In this document: positions 59,437-64,000 of the stretch, piece after piece
How the letters are laid out: each line of letters begins with the position of its first letter
Numbering within the stretch: the first letter of the stretch is position 1
DNA from: an uncultured Acetatifactor sp.
GTDB lineage: Bacteria; Bacillota; Clostridia; Lachnospirales; Lachnospiraceae
Direction: 5' to 3'
DNA: 64,000 nt
NCBI GenBank assembly: GCA_964604575.1
Contig: CAZRZM010000002.1
Location: forward strand, 2,627-66,626
The notes under the pieces: generated by a model
The model's database searches: none
Seen by the model: only the letters and a program-made list of their open reading frames with translations
Told to the model about the DNA's origin: nothing
Translations under genes and position numbers: made by a program

Positions 59437-60342
59437 TTAGATAATTTGAATGATTTGTTCTGTCCGGTTATAGTAATAAAGGGAATCAGACAGCTTTTCC
59501 TCCGGGTCAACCTGGGTGGCATTTACTTCTACTATCATCTCTTTTAAACGCTCCGGCAACACTCCGGGTCTCTCCGGCATAATAATCACTTCATGTATGG
59601 AGCTGGGTAAAATATACAGACTGCTTCCCATTCTCCCCGCAATCTGCTCCAGCAGATGAGGATACATGATACAGACAGCCCCCTGGGTTCGTCTGGCGTT
59701 GCCAAGCACCATCATAGGCACCGTTTGGAAAAACTCCGCGCTCTCCCCCAATATATCCCTCTCCCCGGCGTCCAACAGCTCTGCCAGCACCGTTTCCATG
59801 GATTCACACCGGGGCAGGAACAATCTTGGTGTATTCTGCTCCGCCAGTTGAAATAATTCCTCCACAGAGGTTTCCCACATTTGTACATGGGTATTGCGAA
59901 TCAGTATAGAGCCGTTCCCCAGCGCTTTTCCTTCATAGGCATAATAAAAGCAGACTGCCAAATCCAGATATCTGATATGCGGTATTATTGTCAGCAGTTT
60001 TTCATTGGAGCCTGCATGAACCAGCCGGTAGCAGATACGTTCTTTTACTTTCGCGAAAGACTTAAAAAAGGATAAATCCACATTTTCCGCCGGAACATCC
60101 TCCTGATATATCTGTATCACTTTATCTACAATCAGATACAGAGGGACTCCCTTCTCATACGCACTCCAGAATGGCTCCAGATAAATGGTGGGCGATACAT
60201 TCTTTTCATCGGCTATTATCATGACTCCCCATAAATGTATACCGTTGTTTTTCTCAACCTCCTGAATCATAATTTCATATCCTGCGCCCAGTTTCCGGAG
60301 CAGTCCTTCCTGCATTTTTTCCGCAAATTTGTTTATCTCCAT
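59437..60342 (-). CDS. DUF5688-family protein
   Basis: VEKNNG, SPTIYLE, ILPSSIHEVII, EVNATQV..EE.LSDSLYYY. Confidence 0.9.
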   Translation of the reverse strand: MEINKFAEKMQEGLLRKLGAGYEIMIQEVEKNNGIHLWGVMIIADEKNVSPTIYLEPFWSAYEKGVPLYLIVDKVIQIYQEDVPAENVDLSFFKSFAKVKERICYRLVHAGSNEKLLTIIPHIRYLDLAVCFYYAYEGKALGNGSILIRNTHVQMWETSVEELFQLAEQNTPRLFLPRCESMETVLAELLDAGERDILGESAEFFQTVPMMVLGNARRTQGAVCIMYPHLLEQIAGRMGSSLYILPSSIHEVIIMPERPGVLPERLKEMIVEVNATQVDPEEKLSDSLYYYNRTEQIIQII

Positions 60343-60488
60343 AAATATTTTTACACCCTTTTCCTTTCCCTGCGGTCTGCCGCAAATATTTTTATCCTAC
60401 ATACATCATTTTTTTCAGGAAAAGAAAAAAGACAACAGCCCCTTTCGGGTCTATTGTCTTACAAGTTACTAATTATGCGTCGCAGTTC

Positions 60489-61046
60489 TTATACACGGGA
60501 CAGATATTCACCGGTTCTGGTGTCAATCTTAATCTTGTCTCCCTGCTCAACAAACAAAGGAACATATACCAGTGCGCCTGTCTCAACAGTTGCAGGCTTG
60601 TTTGCACCAGTCGCAGTATCACCTTTAAATCCGGGTTCTGTCTCAGTAATATCTAATTCTACAAACAAAGGAGGCTCTACAGAGAATACGTTGCCGTTAT
60701 GGGAACAGACCTTGCACATCTCATTCTCCTTTACGAACTTAAGAGCATCTCCGACAGTCTCTGCATTTAAAGCAATCTGGTCAAAACTCTCGGTATCCAT
60801 AAAGTAGAATAAATCTCCATCTGAATACAGATACTGCATATCCTTTCTATCAATACGCGCCTGAGGGCATTTCTCGGTAGGTCTGAAAGTCTTCTCAACC
60901 ACACCGCCACTCTTGATATTTTTCAGCTTTGTTCTGACGAAAGCTGCGCCCTTTCCGGGTTTTACATGCTGGAATTCAATAATCTGGTATACATTGTTGT
61001 CATACTCAATTGTAATACCATTTCTGAAATCACCTGCAGAAATCAT
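60489..61046 (-). CDS. efp: Elongation factor P
   Basis: [27 protein letters not shown]...DTRTGEY. Confidence 0.98.
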   Translation of the reverse strand: MISAGDFRNGITIEYDNNVYQIIEFQHVKPGKGAAFVRTKLKNIKSGGVVEKTFRPTEKCPQARIDRKDMQYLYSDGDLFYFMDTESFDQIALNAETVGDALKFVKENEMCKVCSHNGNVFSVEPPLFVELDITETEPGFKGDTATGANKPATVETGALVYVPLFVEQGDKIKIDTRTGEYLSRV

Positions 61047-61144
61047 AGTCTATTCCTCCTAAAATTTTCACGTTATAATTCCATAATAGTTTAATATAAA
61101 AAAACACATATTTCAACTGTTTTTGTAATTTTTTTGCGGAAAAA

Positions 61145-62128
61145 TCATTTCTTTTCCAAAATATAATCTATTGCCTGTATATATCCATCCAGTCCCTGCC
61201 CGTAAATCTGCCTGTCACACACCGGCGCCGTCACAGAAATTCTGCGAAATTCCTCCCGCTGCGTAATATCGGAAATATGGATTTCCACCTTGGGAACCGT
61301 AATGCTTGCCAGCGCATCCCGAATGGCATAGCTGTAATGGGTATATGCCCCCGGATTAATCACAATTCCCGCTGTTTTGTCAAAATAAGCTTCCTGGATT
61401 CTGTCAATAATCCCTCCCTCATGATTACTCTGGAACACCTCAATATCTGTGTCTGTTTCTTTTGCCTTGTCCGCTATCATATCCAGCAGGTACTGATAAT
61501 TCTGGGTGCCATAGACACTCTTCTCACGGATTCCCAGAAAATTCAGATTGGGACCGTTAATCACTAATAATTTTGTTTTTTCTGGCTTTTCCATTCCGGC
61601 TGTCCTTTCCCTTCCCTGTAATTTTTCCATAATTTTGTCCAAAATCTCTTCCACGGTCATATCATCCACATCCATGATATAATCTGCGCTGTTCTCATAT
61701 GCGGATTTTCTCGCTTCCATCATCTGTCTGATTTTTTCCAGCGGATTTTCACACTGTAAAAGGGGTCTGGCAGTATCCTCTTTGAGACGCTCATACACGG
61801 TTTCCGGTCGAAGCCGGAAATAAAACACTGTTCCGCATTTTTTCAGAAGCTGCCGGTTTTCCTGTTTTACCGGAGTGCCGCCGCCCACCGAAATAATACG
61901 GGAATAAGGACGTTCCGCCAGCTCCTGCAAAAGCCTTGTCTCCTGTTCCCTGAAATATTCTTCCCCTTCCTCGGCAAAAATGGCACTGATGCTTCTGCCC
62001 TCTCTGCGCTCAATCAACTTGTCCGTATCTTCCACCGGCATTCTCAGCCTGTAGGACAGACGTAAGCCCACTGTGGTTTTGCCGCATCCCATAAAACCGA
62101 TTAAAATAACATTTTTCTTCCGTTTCAT
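61145..62128 (-). CDS. Shikimate kinase / type II 3-dehydroquinate dehydratase fusion (AroK-AroQ)
   Basis: GFMGCGKTT, GGG, RPLL, followed in one frame by INGPNLNFLG.RE..YG, QSNHEG, INPGAYTH, EIHIS. Confidence 0.93.
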   Translation of the reverse strand: MKRKKNVILIGFMGCGKTTVGLRLSYRLRMPVEDTDKLIERREGRSISAIFAEEGEEYFREQETRLLQELAERPYSRIISVGGGTPVKQENRQLLKKCGTVFYFRLRPETVYERLKEDTARPLLQCENPLEKIRQMMEARKSAYENSADYIMDVDDMTVEEILDKIMEKLQGRERTAGMEKPEKTKLLVINGPNLNFLGIREKSVYGTQNYQYLLDMIADKAKETDTDIEVFQSNHEGGIIDRIQEAYFDKTAGIVINPGAYTHYSYAIRDALASITVPKVEIHISDITQREEFRRISVTAPVCDRQIYGQGLDGYIQAIDYILEKK

Positions 62129-62182
62129 ACAACCTGTACCTTTTGATTCTTTATTTGTATAAATCTGTTTGGCTCTGAATCG

Positions 62183-63067
62183 TTACTGTAAATTTACCTG
62201 GTCGGGAGCACCGCACATTTTATGGTAAACCTGCATCGCCGCTTCCTCCGTGACAGCCTCCCCGGTCCACAGTTCATAAGCAATGATACCCTGATACAAA
62301 AGCATTTTTAACCCATTATAAGCCTTTCCGCCATGCTCTTCCACCAGTTTCATAAACTTTGTCTGCGCCGGATTAAATATCAAATCATAACCGCAATGAA
62401 TTTTCTGATAAAATTCCTTATTCTCTATCACAACACTGTCCACATCGGGATACATCCCCACATTGGTTGCCTGTATGGCAAGATAGCTCTTTTCTCCAGG
62501 CAGTCTCATATAATCCTCCAGTGCCATGGCATGACAGATTTCCTTATCTTTCAGTGCATTTATCTCCTCCGCAATTTTCTCTGCGCGGGACACTGTACGG
62601 TTTAGAATCACAATCTCTTCCACATTATTTTCTGCGAGCATCATTGCCACTGCCCTTGCCACACCGCCTGCACCGAGAATCAGCACCTTTTCCCGCTCCA
62701 GACAGATTCCGTCCGAACACATGGCGCGATACAGTCCCGGCATATCCGTATTATATCCCTTATAGCCGCCTTCTACCCGCACAAGGGTGTTCACCGCACC
62801 GATACGAGCCGCCAGAGGGTCAATATCTTTCAGAAAAGGAATCACTTCACTTTTATAAGGCACTGTCACATTCATGCCAAGCAGGTTCAGCGCCCATGCC
62901 CCTTTTACAGCATCCTCCACATGCCCGGCAGGCACATGAAAGGGCACATACGCCAGATTCTGCGCCGTTATTCTGGCCAGTGTATTATGTATCACCGGGG
63001 AAAGCGTATGCTCCACCGGACAGCCAATCAAGCCGCAGGTTCTCGTATATCCGTCAATCGTATTCAT
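62183..63067 (-). CDS. aroE: Shikimate dehydrogenase
   Basis: HTLSP, NVTVPYK, GAVNT, NTD, GAGGVAR, MLLYQG. Confidence 0.95.
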   Translation of the reverse strand: MNTIDGYTRTCGLIGCPVEHTLSPVIHNTLARITAQNLAYVPFHVPAGHVEDAVKGAWALNLLGMNVTVPYKSEVIPFLKDIDPLAARIGAVNTLVRVEGGYKGYNTDMPGLYRAMCSDGICLEREKVLILGAGGVARAVAMMLAENNVEEIVILNRTVSRAEKIAEEINALKDKEICHAMALEDYMRLPGEKSYLAIQATNVGMYPDVDSVVIENKEFYQKIHCGYDLIFNPAQTKFMKLVEEHGGKAYNGLKMLLYQGIIAYELWTGEAVTEEAAMQVYHKMCGAPDQVNLQ

Positions 63068-63124
63068 TTTTCCTCCATTCTGCGATTTTCTCCACATCCC
63101 GCATATAGGAATCACACACCGCTG

Positions 63125-63628
63125 CTACTTTTTCTGCTCATTTCTATGATAAAAATAGAGAACCACCCTCTCCAGATACCGCTTTAACACAATCTGTATC
63201 TCTTCTTTGGGATGAATGGGTTTTACCAGATATGTCAATATTCCCATCCTTTTTGCTCCCCATACATCTGTAAAAAGCTGGTCTCCCACAAAAAAAGTAT
63301 TGCCTTTATGGGTTCCCATCTGCTCCATGGCTTTCCTATAGCCCTCTTTCCCAGGCTTTCCTGCCTTAAAAAGATATCTGCTGCCCACCGCATCCGCAAA
63401 CATTTTCACGCGGGGCTCTTTATTATTGGACAACAGCATGGTCTGATAACCCATCCGGTGCAGTCCGGCAAAGAGGTGGACAGCCCTCTCGTCCGCAGGC
63501 GCCCCGTGGGGAACCAGTGTATTATCGATATCAAAAATAATTCCCCGCATTCCCTGCCCATACAAGGCTTCATAATCAATACTGTATGCGGAATCCGATT
63601 CCCTGTCCGGGTAAAATGTCTGTAACAT
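63125..63628 (-). CDS. yqeG: YqeG-family HAD IIIA phosphatase
   Basis: FDIDNTLV, LSNN, KP, GDQLFTDVWGA. Confidence 0.92.
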   Translation of the reverse strand: MLQTFYPDRESDSAYSIDYEALYGQGMRGIIFDIDNTLVPHGAPADERAVHLFAGLHRMGYQTMLLSNNKEPRVKMFADAVGSRYLFKAGKPGKEGYRKAMEQMGTHKGNTFFVGDQLFTDVWGAKRMGILTYLVKPIHPKEEIQIVLKRYLERVVLYFYHRNEQKK

Positions 63629-63653
63629 ACTAATCTCCATTCCTGAGCAGTTT

Positions 63654-63786
63654 ATTCCCGCGAGCAATGAGCCAAGTCAATCTGGATTGACTTTGTGCCG
63701 GTGCTTGCACGGACAGTTGGCGAATGCCGCGAGGGTCAAATATCCCGCAGCTTGCTGCGGGGTATTTGATTTCCCGCGGGGTATTT
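63654..63786 (+). repeat. REP/MITE-like palindromic repeat, copy B
   Basis: attcccgcgagcaatgagccaagt...tggcgaatgccgcgagggtcaaatatcccgcagcttgctgcggggtatttga. Confidence 0.8.
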
Positions 63787-64000
63787 CACTGCTTTTGCTT
63801 CTCCAAAGCATATACCCGCTCAATTTCCTCCACTGCCTCAGCTATATATTCCGAAAGTTTTTTATTTTCCACTCCCACCACTTTTGTGTCACAGCGGTTC
63901 ATGGGAATCAGCAACAGTCTGGCATCACTGGAGGCAACTGCCTCTGCCATCCGGGGAGTAATTTCCCCATACATGGCATTCGCCATCACAATGCCGACAG
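63786..64000 (-). CDS. DUF3842-family protein, 5' end outside the window
   Basis: GIVMANAMYGEITPRMAEAVASS.A..LLIPMNRC. Confidence 0.8.
   Translation of the reverse strand, partial: VGIVMANAMYGEITPRMAEAVASSDARLLLIPMNRCDTKVVGVENKKLSEYIAEAVEEIERVYALEKQKQ

Noticed and set aside
59229-59444. 71-aa plus-strand ORF (MHPTGIEPA...)
   Set aside because: Antisense reading of tRNA-Arg.

Overview
Chromosomal window from a low-GC Gram-positive anaerobe. Gene content (DUF5688, DUF4474, CD3324 family, an AroK-AroQ fusion) suggests Lachnospiraceae. Most genes are on the minus strand. (1) 1-6.8 kb: variable island with two paralogous lipoproteins, a LytTR/GHKL two-component pair with a visible binding repeat, and remnants of polymorphic-toxin tips and immunity-like genes. 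(2) 6.9-13 kb: putative operon encoding a rhomboid-like protein with a Zn finger, a degenerate RpoD-like 'pseudo-sigma', an unknown protein, an M16C peptidase and a DUF4349 lipoprotein. (3) A fused acyl-CoA dehydratase activase. (4) 17.6-34.6 kb: type IV pilus cluster with three minor pilins, PilC, PilMN, PilO, MshEN-type PilB, two near-duplicate pilins and a 3125-aa prepilin carrying a very long GLUG-type repeat region; no PilT or PilD in the cluster. (5) Housekeeping genes (metA, ligA, RNase H, gdhA, efp, aroE, tRNA-Arg) mixed with surface-glycosylation genes, a CD3324/nucleotidyltransferase cassette with a leader peptide, PdxR/ECF, a LytTR-DUF3021 pair and two copies of a REP/MITE-like repeat. 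Best candidates for an undescribed system: the giant-pilin pilus and the pseudo-sigma/rhomboid-like/peptidase operon. All family calls come from motif recognition by eye; no database searches were run.
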